Source: Cycas panzhihuaensis
Lineage: Eukaryota > Plantae > Cycadophyta
Assembly (NCBI GenBank): GCA_023213395.1
Contig: CM041465.1
Span: forward strand, 201,755,741 to 201,819,740
Direction: 5' to 3'
Length of the DNA: 64,000 bases
Shown here: positions 12,753 to 28,300 of the stretch, piece by piece
Layout of the letters: the number at the start of each line of letters is the position of its first letter
How positions within the stretch are numbered: position 1 is the stretch's first letter
Translations under genes and position numbers: made by a program
The notes under the pieces: model-generated
The model's database searches: none
Told to the model about the DNA's origin: nothing
The model's input: the letters and a program-made list of their open reading frames with translations, nothing else

Positions 12753-15700
12753 TGTAAAATTTTCAAACATTCAATGGAGATCCTAAATTAGAAGGATTAA
12801 GTAATCATATATAAAAATTAATTTCAAAACATAATACAAATTTCATTTTAAAATTATCTCTTATTGAATTTTTACAATACATAATATATACATAAATGTA
12901 ACTCCTAAAATAAAATCTAGATACTAAAGATGGACACATGTGAGGTGAGAGTTGTAACCCATAATAACTCACCAACTTATATAAATATTGAAAAACTAAT
13001 ACTGATAAAATACAAAAATTTAATTGGAGGTTTATAACCTAATGTTATAAACCTGAAATAAACATTAAATATTAACACTTTCTCTTAATGTTTATTTTAT
13101 TTTTTCTAACACTTAAACCATCCCTGAAAGTCTAAAATCTATTACATATTAGTGATTTGGGGAAGATATCATCTAATTATTCTTTAGTTGGTATATACAC
13201 CATCTCAATTATATCTTTATGAATTAATTCTTGAATAAAGTGATTGTGCACTTCAATATGTTTAGTATAAGCATGGAACATAGGGTTTTTTTCATTATTT
13301 AATACATTATAATTATCATAGTATAAGATAGTTAGTTTTAATTACAATAGCCCCATATCCTTTAGAATCTTCCATAACCAAATGGATTTAGTAGTAGCTA
13401 TAATTATAGCCTTTACTTTAATTTAGTTGAAGATAAAATAATATTTGATTATTTTTTACTACTCTAAGTGACAGTAGTTGAACATAAACTACAATAGTAT
13501 CTAGAAGTCAACCTTCTACTATCTGCATATTCATCCCATTTAAAATATATAAATCTCGTTAACTTAAAATTATCATTATACTTGAATTCAAACCTATGTT
13601 GAATCATTCCTTTCAAGTATTTGAGAATTCTTTTTATAGTTTTCTAGTGACTCTGTTTTGGCATTACCATAAACCTAAACATCATTCAAACTATAATGAA
13701 ATATTAGGTCTTGAAGTAATTAGCTATATTAGACTTCCCACTAATTGTTTGTATAATATTAAATCAACATCTACTTTACCATCTTTGATTATCAACCTCT
13801 AACTTCTCCCTATAGGGATAAGCATAGGTTTACAATCATCTATTCTAAATTTGTTTAGAAAATTTTAAGTCTATTTTACATGTAAGATAAAGATATGTTT
13901 ATGCCTTTGTCATAGTTCCACTCCAAAGAAGTAGTGTAGAATTCTTAGAAGAAATGACTAACATCTATCTTTAAGTTTAACATCATTACCTGTTATCAAT
14001 AGATCATCAATGTACAACACCATAAATACGATCTTATCATTTTCTTCTTTGATATATAGATTTAAGTTAGTTAGAGATCTCTCAAATCCATTCTTTAGAA
14101 AGTACTAATCAATATTTTTATACCAAGCTTTAAGAGCTTGTTTCAAGTTATACAATGTCTTCCTAAGTTGGCATGCCAAATGCTCATGACCTTTTTCAAC
14201 AAAGTCAAGTAGCTACTCTATGTAGACTTCTTCATTTAAATCTCCATTCAAAAATATATTTTTCACATCCATCTAGTGAAGCTATAAATTAAATTGTATA
14301 GCCATTATCATAATAAGGTGAATGGTATTCATCTTTGTAACTTGAGTGAATATTTCTTAGTAATTGATCCCTTCTTACTAATTGAAGCCTTTCACTACAA
14401 GCCAAACTTTATATCATCTATAGATCTATCAAATTTGAACTTAGTCCTATAGATTCATTTATAGTTGATTACATGCTTGCCAACAAGAAATTTGACCAAA
14501 TCCCATGTATGGTTCTTCCTAAAAACTTCGATTTTAGTATCCACGACATCATTCCAGTTCTTCTCTTTGAATGCTTCTTTAATAGTAGATAGTTCATCTA
14601 CATCTAATATACATGCCATAAGAGTCATGTTCACCTATTCAAAAGATTATATTTTTTACTTTTACTTTTCCTCAAAATCAAGTAATAATTTCTCAACATC
14701 CTCTATAGTTTTCAAATGCCATTTTAGAAGGTTTTTCTTTAAAGATGAAGGTCAGTATTAGACAGTTTCTTTAGCTTTAGCTTTAGCTTCATCTTTAACT
14801 TAGTTTTTAGCTTTAATCATATTCAAATTCCAAAAAATAAAAGGATTCCAACTCGTAAGTGATTCTAGAGAGGATTTTTATAGAAAAGATAAGTAAATAG
14901 ATGAAAATATGCAAAATATGAAAGAAATATACAAACTATCGAATAAAATGATGTAATATAAGGTACTTACTACTATACTATATGAAATATACTAAAGACA
15001 TCAATTAAAATATAATAAATATGATGTACAAAACTTATAAATAAAATAGTTGATGTTGGTTTCTACTTCAAGGTAAGGTGTCCTCTAAAACTATAGCCCT
15101 TAAGGCTAAAAATATAGTAGTCCAAAGTCACATGAGATGCCCTAGAATAAGGATGAGAATCTTTATAAAGAGGCAAGTGAAAAGGACTTTTAGAGCTCAT
15201 CTAATAGACAGGATAGAAGTCAACCAAAATAGGAATATAAGGTTAGCTAGAGAATACTCTAAAGTTGACCAAAATTAATAATAAGAATATCTACCATAAG
15301 TCAACTATGCTACTAGATAAATATTAGGTTCTAAAGTTGGCCAGGATAAGAAAGAATGCTATAAGTCCCTCTCATTAAAAATATACTTTGCCCCCAAAAC
15401 ATGGGTGAACTTGAGTGTTGGTGATACCATTCTTCTAATTCTTATGTTGCATCTTCTAGATTTAAAGTATTCTATTTTATAAGATATTCTTAGATTTCTT
15501 TAGAGCATAGTCTATTTGTTTAGATCTAGAGGATGCCTTTTGGTTTGATAATGGCTTTATCCTCTTCACCTAGTTTTGGTAATTATATTTGAGGGATAAT
15601 ATCTTACCTAATTTTTTTCTTGAGATACGAGATATAGAAGACATTATGGAGTTGGCTATCTTATGGTAGTGATAACCTATATGCTACTTCTCCCACTTTA

Positions 15701-18700
15701 TCCATGATTTGATATGGACCAAAAAATTAGGGTTCTAATTTTTACTTATTCATCTACCTCATAATGGACTATTTCTAAAGTTGGAATCTTAAGTAAACCC
15801 AATTTCCTATTGAAAATGATCTTTCTAACCTATGTAAATCAACTTACTACTTCATTTGATTCATGGTTGTATTTATGTTTATCTTTCAATATTTGAATTG
15901 TTTGCTCCATATGTTCTTATTATTCTTAAATGAATCAGACATATGAGACACTTGTCTATGTTAAGATAAATGGTATTTCAAAACCATAGAGTGATTTGAC
16001 TGGGGTCATCTTTGCCAAAGTATGATACATAGTGTTATATCACCATTTGGTAAGATGGATCCATTTGTGTTGTAAGTGTTATTTATTTGATGGGAAGCTC
16101 CATAAGTATCCTTCTAGGTACTTGTTTATTGATTCTATTTATCCATTTATCTAGGGGTGGTAAGTTATACTCATGGATAATTTTGTACCAGCTAATTAAA
16201 TATATCTTACTAGAAATAACTAGAGAATTTTAGATCATGATCACTAAATATTACCTTAGGAAGCCCATGTAAGTAATGTATTTTCTTCATGAGGATTTCT
16301 GTGACTTAGTTGGCTTTCATTGTTGATTATATTCCCCTGAAATAAGCATATTGTATTAACCTATCAACAACTATAAAGATAGCATCCTCATCTTCTGACT
16401 TAGGCAATCCAATAATAAAGTCCATTGAGAGCTCTTTCTAATTTTTTTATAGTATATATAGTAGTTGGAGTAGGCCAAGATGTTTTACACTTCCACTTTT
16501 ATTTATTTGGTAAGAGTCACATTTTGTGACAAATTTGTGGACATAAACTTTTATCCCTTTTTAAAAGAATATATTTCATAATTTATGGTATATTTAATTG
16601 ATCCCAATATGACTAATGGTTGAAGCAAAGTAAGCTTCCTCGAGCATTCTTTTCTTCAAAGCTAATGTTATAAGTATAAATATTTTTCCCTTCCATAAAA
16701 TCAAGGCTCCTTATCACTCATAATTTATGGTCTCTTATTGTTGGATTTTCTTTTTTATTATCTGAGAAAGAGGGTCATTCTGGTATTCTCAAACCAACTC
16801 TTATGTCCAACTTGGAGTGGCTATAGAGATTGCCTATAAAGAGATGTCCTCTCTTTTATCTTCTAGTATATGAGATAGGGTATCTGTAATAACATTCTCT
16901 TTTCCTTGTATAAAATACTAAAATTGAAGGTCTAGAGTTTACTTACCGACTTTTGTTATTTGCTTGATAATGTCTTTTGATTAACAAAATATTTAAGGTT
17001 GTCATGGTCTATTTTGACCACAAATCTATTTCCAAGTAAGTATTGTCAGCATTGATATATGGCATTAATAATTTTAAATGTTTCCTTGTCATAAATGGGT
17101 TTAAGTCACTCCATGGTATTTAACTTATGGCTCTTATATAATAATAGTTGATCATTCTAGAGGAGGACAACCTCTATTCTTACTCTAGATATGTCATGCT
17201 TTAAGGTGAATGGTTGAGAAAAGTCAAGGGTTACCAAGATAGGAGTTATGATCATTATCACCTTCAATTCTTAGAAAGTGCCTTTTGTCATTGCATTCAA
17301 CATAAAAATGTCCCTTTTATGAGCTTAGTTAGAGGAAAGGCAACGTGCACATATCTTCTAATAAATCTTTAAAGAAATTCAGGTGTTCATAAGAAACTTC
17401 TTAGTCTAACTTCATTTTTATGTGTGGGCCACTCTATGATCGTTTGAACCTTTTTTGGATTCATCTTAATACCCTCTTGGGTAATGATATACCCTAGATA
17501 TTCCAGCTTGGTCTTTCCCAAAATACATTTTTTTTTATTAGTGAAGAACTAATTTCTTTTGAGGACTTATAATATGGTCTTGATATGTTTTAAATGTTCT
17601 TGCCAAGTTGAGTTCTAAATTAGAATTTAGTAAAAAAAATAAACATAAATTTGTATAAGAAAGGTTTAAATAATGTACTCACTGTACTAAGGAAGGTAGT
17701 TGGAGCATTTATTAGCCCAAATGACATAACTTGAAACTTAAATAATCGTTCATGTGTATGGAATGTTGTTTTGTGCATATCCTTTTCTTTGATATAAATT
17801 TAATAGCATCCTAAGCAGAGATCAATTGTTCAGAAATATTTCACTCCATGTATTTCATCCACTAAATCATCAATCCATGGAATGGGATAATGGTTCTTAG
17901 CAGTAAGCTTATTAAGCCCCCATTAATCCATACACATGCAGTAGGAACTATCCTTCTTATAATTAAATATAAGTGGAGACACAAAAAGGCTGGTGCTAGT
18001 TGAAATATATCCCTAATGTAGAAGCTCCTTGGTAATCTATTTAATTTCCCTCTTAAGATGATAAGGATGGAGGTATGGGTGGATGTTTACTAGAACCACT
18101 CCTAGTATTAACTCGATGAGATGTTAGCATCCTCGATCTTGGGGTAGTCCTTTGGGAGGTTCTTTAATGACCCTATTGTATTGGTCTATGACCTCTTATA
18201 CTTCTACTAGAACATCTTCTATTATAATTTTGTAGCATATAATTATATATGTGTTAGGATTTTAATTTAGTATTTTCTCCATGTGGTGTGAGGTCACTAA
18301 TTACATTAGGGGTATAGGAGATACTTGTAACCTATATTTATGACCTTTTTGGAAAAAACTCATGAATTAAGTTTTATAGTTGGTAACAGTATTCCCCAAG
18401 GTTTATAGCTATTTGATTGCTAAGATGGTATCCACTCCTCCTATTAGAATGGAAAGCATACATGTCATCATAGAATAATCCCCAATTTAAAGATTCACCT
18501 TAGGACAACAACCTCCACATGTCAATTCTACCATTGATGATGGTGACCTAAAAGATATTGAATGCCTAGATGGGTAAGCCCAACTTCTCTGTAGTGGGTT
18601 TATTAATGAAATTATGTATGATTTCATTGTTTATGAGAATAGCTACTTGTGCTCCCTTGATTGTCCCCTAGAACTATAAAGTTTATGGGGTGGTAATCTG

Positions 18701-21700
18701 TCCAATAATGGCTTGTAATGATATTTGCATATTTTCAGTGTTAGTGTTAAGGAGTTCTTCAATTTCAACTTTGTTATGTAAATCTAGTGATCTTTCTTCT
18801 TCTTCTTTTTCTTCTTTTAGAATGTTAATATCTTTATTATTAATCATGAATAATAACTTCTTTGAAGGGCATTAATGGTCTTAATTCCATTTTCCTTTAC
18901 ACTTGAAGCAAGTTCCTTATCTTAGGTGTTCTTCTTTAGACAATTTATTTCACTCATTATTACCCTTATATGTGAGATGGGGTTCAACCTTTGTTCTTGA
19001 CCTATTTCAGTTTGGTTTGAACCTAGGGTAGATAGGTTTGCCTTATCAAATATAACTAGGTCTTCCTTCTTTATATTTTTCTTCCACATTTCTTATCTAC
19101 CAAATAGCTTCACTTAAGATGATCGCTCCTATTGTCTTTATGTGGTATTTTATATTTTCCTTAAGTTTTATGACATATGCTTTGATAAGGAGTTCCTTTG
19201 CAATCTTATGATTGACCAAGCTATGTAAGGTTTAAAATTATTCAATGTAGGTTTAAACTAAGACTCTTTATTATATGCATATAAGTTGGGGGAAGTAATC
19301 TATATTCCATGTGTCTTCATATTATTCTATTAGGCTTTCCTTTAAGACTAGCTAGTTATCATTATTTGTCCCCATATAGAATCTCTTCTACCAATGGAAC
19401 CATTTTAGTGCTTTATCATATAAATTGAGAGAGACTACTAGGATTTCTTCTTTACTAGATAAAGCACTTGTTTAGAAGTAAATTTCCATCTAGATGATCC
19501 AACTACAAATATCCCTCAATCTATTAGAGTCAAATTTATCTAAAAATTTTCATGCCCTCAAGTCCCTTACCTAGTTCAAATTTTCCATCATCGAATTCCC
19601 ATTATTTCTTCTCATTTCTTTACTATTGGAATCTTCTCCCCCCTAAAGTTTCTCCCTCTTCTTTAGGTCTATCTTGTTTTCTATCTAATAAGTTTACTAG
19701 ATTGTGAAGAGAATTTAGGTGTATATCCATGCTTGACACGATATTATGCAACTTATCGACCCTTTTATCAAGATCTTCTATTATTATTAATGGATTATTC
19801 ACCATCTTATCTTGCTAAAGAGTCCTTCTTAATCCCAGCTCTATTTAAAGAAAAGATGAAGGAAAGGGGGGGGCGGGGCGGGGGGAGGAAGGGGGGAATT
19901 ATCTTTTCCTAGATTTCCTTGTTGTAAGGTAGAGGATTTTCCCTCAAGATGGCTTCAAAACAAAGCTCTGATATAACTTGAAGTAATTCCATAGAGGAGT
20001 TTTGTAGAAAGGATGGTCAAATAGAGCACAATATGCAAAATATAGAAGAAGTATATAAATTATGTAATAAAATAATTTAATATATGGTACTTACTACTAT
20101 ACTATATAAAATATACTAAAGATATCAATTAAAATATGGTAAATGTAATATACAAAACTTACAAGTGAAACACTTAATGTTAGCTTCCTCTTCAAGGAAA
20201 GGTAATATCTAAAATTATAGCCCTTAATGTCAAAAATTTAATAGTCCAAAGTCACCTAAAATGCCCCAAAATAGAGCTAAGGATCTCTATAAATAGGTGG
20301 GTTAAAAGGGATTTGGGAGCTTAGCTAGTAGAGAAGATGGAAGATAGCTAAAACAAGAATACAAGGTTACCCAAAGAATACTCTAAAACTAGCCAAAATT
20401 AATAATAATAATATCTATTATAAGTTAGTTAAACTACTAGATAAACATTGGGATATGAAGTTAGCTAGAATAGAAAGAAATACTATAACCTTTACTACTT
20501 CATTAATGTTAAACATCTCATATTTAGGTTAAATAAGATTATGAAAGAACTACATTTAGGTAGCTCCCTTATTTGGTCCTCAACATCAACTAAACTAATA
20601 TTTTAATTCTCATCTTCTTAAAAAATAATATCACAAGTTTTATAAACCTTTTGAGTTAACAATTGGTATACTCAGTATGCTTTACATTTATTATATCTAA
20701 TAAGGATGTACTTTGTACTATTATCATCCAATTTCCATCATTTATCCTTAAGAATATTCATATGTGTTGTACACCTAAAGACTCTCAAATGACTAACAAT
20801 TAGCTTTCTATCTAGTTAAGCCTCCTTAGGTGTTATGTTCTTAATAGTCCTTCTAGCACTTCTATTCATCATATATATAGTTGTGCTCAACTTCTACCCA
20901 TAAGAAATCTATTGCATTCTTATGTCTCATCATAGTTTTGGCCTTTTCAACTAAACTTCTATCCATTCCCTTAATAACACCATTCTAGTAAGGTATATAG
21001 GTAATAATAAACTACCTCTAGATTCCATGATCCTTATAGAATTGAGTGAATTCATTTGAAGTATACTCTCTACCATTATTTATTTATAAGATCTTAGTCT
21101 TGTGTCCATTTGCATTCTCTATTAACTCTTTAAACTGTTTGAAGTAAGTGAAGGCTTGAAATTTTTTCCTAAATAAAAAAACCTAGAATTTTATAAAAAG
21201 TCATTATAGAAGTAAAAAAATATCTCACTCCACCAATAAATATGACAGGCATTAGAACATTTATATATGAGTAAACCAATCCTAACTTTTCTCTAGTTCT
21301 CCATACTTTCTTCTTTGAAAATGTCTCTTTATATTATTTTCCAAAAATACAGGGTTCACATAAATAATCTTTGCTATTTATCATAGCAAGACCATGTACC
21401 ATTTTTAATTTATGCATCAATTAAAGATAGGTGTAGTTTAAATAACCCATTCATCTATGCCATAACCTCTATTTAAGAGACACAATAAGGAATGCTCTTT
21501 GTACTTCAAAGTATCATTATAGTTTGTATAAATTATTTTCTCTAAGCCCTCTAGCTATAGCATTATTTTATTCATATTGTACTATGCACTGTCCTCGAGC
21601 AAACATAGCAGTCATGTCTTATTATTCAATTTTACCAATTGAAATAGGATTCATCATTAGATTTGGTACATACAAAAAAATTATACAAAAATTATCTTTT

Positions 21701-22200
21701 ATCATTTAACATTATGAATGGTACTTTTTCAACCCTAGTGGCCTCTAAGTCAATGTCATCCCCAATGGTAACCTTCTAATTCACCTCCCACATCTAAAGA
21801 AACCATTCTAATCTTCTAGTCATGTGTCTTATACACCTAAATCAATAAACCAAACATCTTATGAATCATAACCCATCTTGTATTTAACAACAAACAACCA
21901 CTTTCTAATCTTAATAGGTGTATCCTCTATTACATTTGTAACATGACCACATTATCCATATGGTTGCTATTGCCATTATTATTACTTCTACTATTGGGGT
22001 TGATTCTATTATTGTTGTGAATACTACTGTCACTTCTATTCTTAACAATCCTTTTTTATATGACCTAACTTCTCATAATGATAACATTTAGCCTCTATTA
22101 TCTCTTTAAAGTTCTCCTAGTCCATCTTTTTGAACTATAGATTTAGAAGGTGCATTCTTCTTTGAAATAAAGGTCTTCTTCCCTTTCAATCTAGATACTA
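12753..22200 (-). mobile_element. Decayed Ty1/copia element (3' LTR 12753-13077, PPT, RNaseH/RT 13100-14700, integrase/protease/gag 20500-22200), interrupted by a gypsy insertion and 5'-truncated
   Basis: PPT CTTTCTCTT at 13078-13086. Minus-strand motifs HAYTKHIEVHNHFI, VLYIDDLLITG, MDVKNIFLNGDL; protease WFIDLG near 21850; zinc knuckle CYHYEKLGHIKKDC at ~22047-22088. Confidence 0.8.
14854..20487 (-). mobile_element. Full-length but heavily decayed chromovirus-type Ty3/gypsy element (~5.6 kb) with chromodomain
   Basis: Paired ~510-bp LTRs (14854-15363 and ~19979-20487); PBS GCTCTGATATAAC at ~19965; PPT GTCCCTCTC at ~15365. Order gag-PR-RT-RH-INT. Chromodomain remnant EYLIK*NTLNLEDAT*E at ~15440-15495. 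TSD only partly preserved. Confidence 0.85.
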
Positions 22201-22333
22201 GGGCTCTAGATGATCTACTATGCATGTGCTCTAGGTTATGAGCCATAAATAAATATTAAATATCAGTAACTTTTATGTTTAGGTCCAGAATAAGAAGTCA
22301 TTGCATGATATAAGCTCACTAGTGTGCATTCCT

Positions 22334-25300
22334 TGAAGGAAGGATGGATCCAGAGAATAAATCACTCACATACATACAATGGCAATGGAGAATAAAAAAG
22401 AGATGAAAATAAGATATGAGAGTAAAGTTTGGAGGTGAGAATGAATAATAACTCCCTTCTTGAGATTTTGCCTTTTATTATTAAGGGGGAGCATTAGGAT
22501 TAGGATTTTTCTATCTAATGATATGAGCCCAAAATTATAACCAAATGCACATAAAGGGCAATTCACTAAGAGACTAATGCTAACAATATACCCTAAGGTC
22601 ACTTAATTAATCTATACAAATGACCTTGATATATTAATCTCTTTCAATCCTCCCTTTAATGGTGGAAGGTCATTTTGAGAAAATATATTCTATGAGGTCT
22701 TCATTTGAGCCTCATTATTACATTAAAATTCTAAATGACATTTTTGTAGAAAAACTCTCATGGGGAATAAAAACCTATGGACTTTCTAAGATCTATAACC
22801 CCTTTTATTAATCAAAATGGCTAAGGTGGCTCTTGATGTAGCCTGATAACCAAACAACTTAAATGTGTAGCTTGATCTACTGAGTCTCCATATACCATTT
22901 GGACATCCCCTATACCTTTTTAGGTTTTCATAGGTTCCAATTTTTGAAAATTAGTATAACCATTATCCTTCAATGCCCACATGGAATTTTCATAAATAAG
23001 ATAGATCAAAGACTTACTATTGTTCTTCTATACCCACAAGGGATTTTCACGAATAGAATAAATTATAATAATCATGTTACCATCTTCTTTTATTAGTCAA
23101 AGATGGAGGCCCTAAGGTAGAGCTATCTTCAAAATTATTCAAATTTCATCCTTTGCAGCGATTTGGTGAAGATATCAGCCACTTGATCTATTGTGGGGTA
23201 GTATTCTAGTTGAATTATATCATCATGAACTAGTTCTATAATCTTATGGACTTTCATACTTATGTATTTATTATGATCGTGAAATACAAGATTTTTTTCC
23301 ATATGGATCGCTAATTAATTATCTATACGAAGGTCAATAGGACTTGTTTGGGTGATATTTAATGTTTCCAATAATTTTCTAAGCCATATCACCTCCTTGC
23401 TAGTCTCAGAAGCAATAATATATTTAGCTTCAATAGTTAAATTAGTAATTATCTTCTACCATCTGGATCTCCATGATATTAGTGTTGTTCCAAGAAATGT
23501 TACATACCCAGATATAGATATTCTTGTATCTTTATCTCTTACAAAGTCTGAGTATATATATACAATAAGCTTAAATTCATTATTAGGGTCATATAACAGA
23601 CCAATTTTGCTAGTTATCTTTAAGTATTTTAACACTTGAACTACAACCTGCCAATGATTCTGCTTAAGATTTATCATGAATCATGCAAGAATGCCAATAA
23701 AGTATGCAATATCTAGCCTTATATTAGTAGTGTAGATGAGACTACCTATAAGTTTTATATAGAGTGTTACGTCTTCCTCCTTAATGTCACCATCAATTGA
23801 GAGTTTGGTATTAGGGTCCATAGGTAAAGCCATTAGTTGAGCATCTTGTAACTAAAACTTAGTTAGAAGATCGTTGATGTATTTTTCTTGAGAGAGAAAA
23901 AAAAAATTATTCTTTTATGTTAATTTAATTCCCAAATAATATTTCATCAAATTGAGGTCAAACAATTCGAATGTTTTTCCAAGGTCTTTTTTTAGCTAGC
24001 TTATTACCTACTCACTATTACCCATTACTAACATGTCATCCATAAAGAATATGAGATAAGTAACTTTGTCTTTTTGGCACTTCATAAATAATGTTGCATC
24101 AATATCTTAGTAGTCACAAACCTCATATCCAAGTTAGCTCATTCTTTCAGACAACTTACCAAACTAAGCACAAAGGGCTTGTTTAAGACCATATAAGGAC
24201 TTTTTGAGTCTGTAAACCTTATGCTCTTGACTTTTGATCTCATATCCTTTTGGTTGACCCATGTAAATTTCTTCTTCAAGATCCCCATTGAGAAATACAG
24301 TTTTAATATCAAGCTGATGGATTTTTCAGCCCTAATGAGCAACTAAAGCAACAAGAGTTCTAATTGCAGGCCACTTGGTTGTAGGTGCAAAGACTTTAGT
24401 GTAGTCGATGCCTTCTCTTTGTGTGAATCCTTTAACTACCAACCTCGTCTTATCTTTTTCAATGGTGTCATCTAATTTATATTTATTTTTAAACTACCTT
24501 TCTGCCAAGCAGTAGATCAATGAGCTTCCATGTACCATTTTTTATAAGAGATTAGTATTCTTCATTCATTACATTTCTCTGAACTATATGTTTCATAGCT
24601 TCTTAGTATGAGTGGGGCTCTTCATTAAGAGTAAGATGCAGTTCTATCGGTTCAAGCTCAGTATATAATGATTCCTGCATCCTTGTTCTATGGGCACTTC
24701 GAGTGCTAGTTTTGCCCATCTCATCTGGTTATATGTCCTTATTGAGTTGGCAGGCTTCACGAGATCCTCAAGTTAGGAATAAGATCCTTATTTCCTCAAC
24801 TTCTTAGTTCTTATCTTATTCATTAAAATGATCATTTTGTGAGGAGGATATTGACATACTTGGGGAAGATGGTCCTTCAACCATTATTTTTCCTTTGTTA
24901 ACTAAAAGTAGAGAGGATGATTCTTCTATAATGGCCTTGCCTTTGTCAACTCTACTATCTTTAAAGGATGGTGTTAGATATATACTCATCGGTTTATAGT
25001 CATAACTTATATCTTCTGAGGCTCTATTATTAGCTTCTAATATTTAGAGTAATTTATGTGTACCCCCCTCTCCCCCTCCAATTATCTAAACATCATATTT
25101 GATAACATCATTATAGTAGCATGAAGGTGTTTTATAGTCTAGTCTAAGCAACTGATTCTCTATCTTTGCAAAAATGGCATTTCTAGTAATGATGATATTT
25201 TGTTGTGAAGGTATAAAGACCTTATACCTTTTTTTGTCCATAGGGTATCCAACAAAGATGCCTTTAAGTGCCCTTGTCTAGAGTTTATTTCGATTTGCAT

Positions 25301-28300
25301 CCAAAATATAGGGATAGCATATAGAGCCAAAAATTTTAAAGTAGTGAACAATGAGGGCTTGTCTTGACCACTTTTTGTTAGGTGATTGTCCTTCCTTTAA
25401 TGGGCTAACAACATTGATGCAATAAGCAGTTGTCTAGATGGATTCAACCCATAGGTAGGTAAGTATATTTTTATATACTAATATAGCTCAAGCCATGTTC
25501 ATGATTATCCTATTCATGCACTCAACAACTCTTTTTTTTTTGTTGGGTACCTACTACTATTATTTGATATTTGATACCATTGTCTTAAAGATAGTTTTCA
25601 AACTCATATGAGGTATATTTATTACCATTATCAATTCGAAGACATTTGAGTTGATAACCTGACTCTTTTTTAGTACAAGCTTTGAATTCTTTGAATACAA
25701 AAAAGGCTTTATCTTTCTTGTATAGAAAAGCTACCCATACTTTCCTAATGAAACCATCAATGAAAGAGATATAATATAACTTACCCTTCAGTGAAGGAAT
25801 ATGCATTGGCCCACATAGATCAAAGTGTATCAATTGTAATAGATGGCTTAATTTTTATTAATACAAGCTTCACATTTAAAGGTCTTAGAGGAGAACTTTG
25901 GAAGACTTAGAAGAGTATTACAAAGATCTCTAAATCTATCGATATGAACATGGCCCATGCGAGCATGCCAAAGAGCTTCTAGTGACAATGTTAGATGGGT
26001 CAAGATGGTGTTAAATATAAATTCTTCATTAGCACAAGAGCTTTGGGCACGACGAGCTTCAGAAGATGGATAGCCATTTAGTCAAAAGAATTTGCTAGTG
26101 AGATATCTAATCAAGATCACTTGATCAGTTGGAGGGTAAATGACCTAAAAAGTCTAGTATGGATAAGGAGAGTAAATTTTGTTTGAGATTGGATATGTAT
26201 AAGATATCAAGCAATATAAAATCTCTTAAGCCTGGGAGTTTCAAGAAAATGTAACCAATTCCTTCAATAGGTTATTGTGATTTATCAGCCATATAAATAA
26301 CTCCTTGAATATTTGAGTCAAATATTTGATATAAACTATGATTGTACATCATATGTTGATTTGCTCATGTGTCCATGATCCACTATCTATCGATTGAAGC
26401 AATACTATTTACAATTCTAATAGGACTTACCATTAGTGAAGGGAATTCACAAGTGATATATCCATATCGAGCTTCAAAGTATCTCTATGGTTGGTTAATA
26501 TCATTTGATATTGAAGATCTCTCAATTATTTTAAAGTGTGCTTATACAAAACCTACACCACTAAATGATTCTTCATAAGTTTCTTCAACATTGTGCACTA
26601 TATGTTTTGGTTAGAACTTGGCCAACTTATAAGTGGCAGTTTTGCAATCTTTTATAAAGTATCCTTTACAGTTACATTGATCACATATGATAGCTTGATT
26701 GCTAATTCTTAAAGAGGTACTACTTTGACTTGACTATCTTAGTTTTTGTTGAGGTGGCCCTTAGCCTTAAAACTATCAAGGATGTTATTTCCCGGCTTCC
26801 AGGAATGGATACGAAATTATCGACTCAGGTAAGTGTAGGTATGCTTCTCGCCTTATCATCATTTTCTTTTGAGATGAGTGTTTGCTTGCATGTTTGCATG
26901 TTGTGACCTTGTAGATGATTTTATCTTCGTCTACACTTATTCAGCCTATGACAACTATAGCAGGGGCACACTCCCAGTAAGTGTGACATCCCGGCGGCCA
27001 TTCCACTTCCCACATTCTACCCTACTCGCTCCAAGATCCACTTGGCTTGCGCCACCTCTGCCCGTGTGATGACCCGTCATTGTTTGGTTGACTTGCCACA
27101 TCGTTTGAATCATATTTTTGCTCTTCTGGACTCGTTTGTTGGCTTGTTTGCCCTTGGGTAGGTGTCTCAGCCCTCTATTAGTCTTTTTTGTCATCGGCCT
27201 ATAGCCTAGGCTGGTTGCCTAGGCCAGTTTTAGCCTCCAGTTGCATACCGCCGTGAATTTCACGGTATCGTCACAAATTCTGTGATATCACAAATTTTAC
27301 GGCGGGATGACTGTTCAAATTTATTTTTTAAAAAATTGCCATGGTAATTTCATATTTATTGCGAAACTGCCATGTATCTCGCGACTTGACTCACCGCCAG
27401 TTGCACCCTAATTGCTCGCTTTAGGGTTTGGGCTAGGTATTCAAGCCATCTTTAACTTATTTTTAGGATTTTTTGTTCATTTTTTGGATTGCTTCTCAAG
27501 GAAACTACCCTGTGCTCTACTATTCTCTGCTGCTCAACTGCTGCTATAGGACCTGCACCTCTCCTCCAGCGCCTAGATCTCCTTTGGTACGGCTAGGATA
27601 TCTTCCCAACCCTTCACATGCCTTGGAGAGGGCCCCTTTGGAGATATCTCAGCGGATTCTTGCTCAACTAGCCATCAAGCGTCTTAAAGTGCAGGTGTTT
27701 TCCTCCAACTCCATTAGCAGGGTTCCAAACCTGCTATTCCACAACTTCTGGGCTGATTTCTCAACCTTCTTTCAACAGCCCTTAACTAAGGCAAGAGTCT
27801 CTCCTCCTCTTCTCAGGTATTCATTAGTTTAAGCTACTTTTTTGCTCGATTGATGCCCTATTTTGCTTGTCCTCTTGCTTGGGTTTTTTAAGGTTACTTT
27901 TCCTTTATTTTGGACTATCTTACTTCTGCCATTAGTGCCCCCTTACTTGCGTTTATTGCTCAAGGCAGCGGCAAAGGGGGATTGCATAGGGTTTGGGTGA
28001 GAGCTGGGTGGATTCCACACCACCTTCCATGCTCCTCAAGTGACTCTTAGCCCTCCAAACCTTTCCTCTTACCCCGTGCTGTCCTTAGAAATCAAACAAG
28101 GGTTTGTTAGGCCATCTTTAGCCACTAAAATCAATGCTGTCACACATTGCAGCGCTGGTTTAAGGGCTTGTGCTTTGATCCAGGCAACTCATGTAAGCCC
28201 CGGCTACTTGCCCTCTGCCCAACTCCTTTCCCTGCAACCTGGTTTGCTCTCCATAGCATACCAGCTTGCTGTAGGTCCTCTTGGGCTCTTTTCAACTCTC

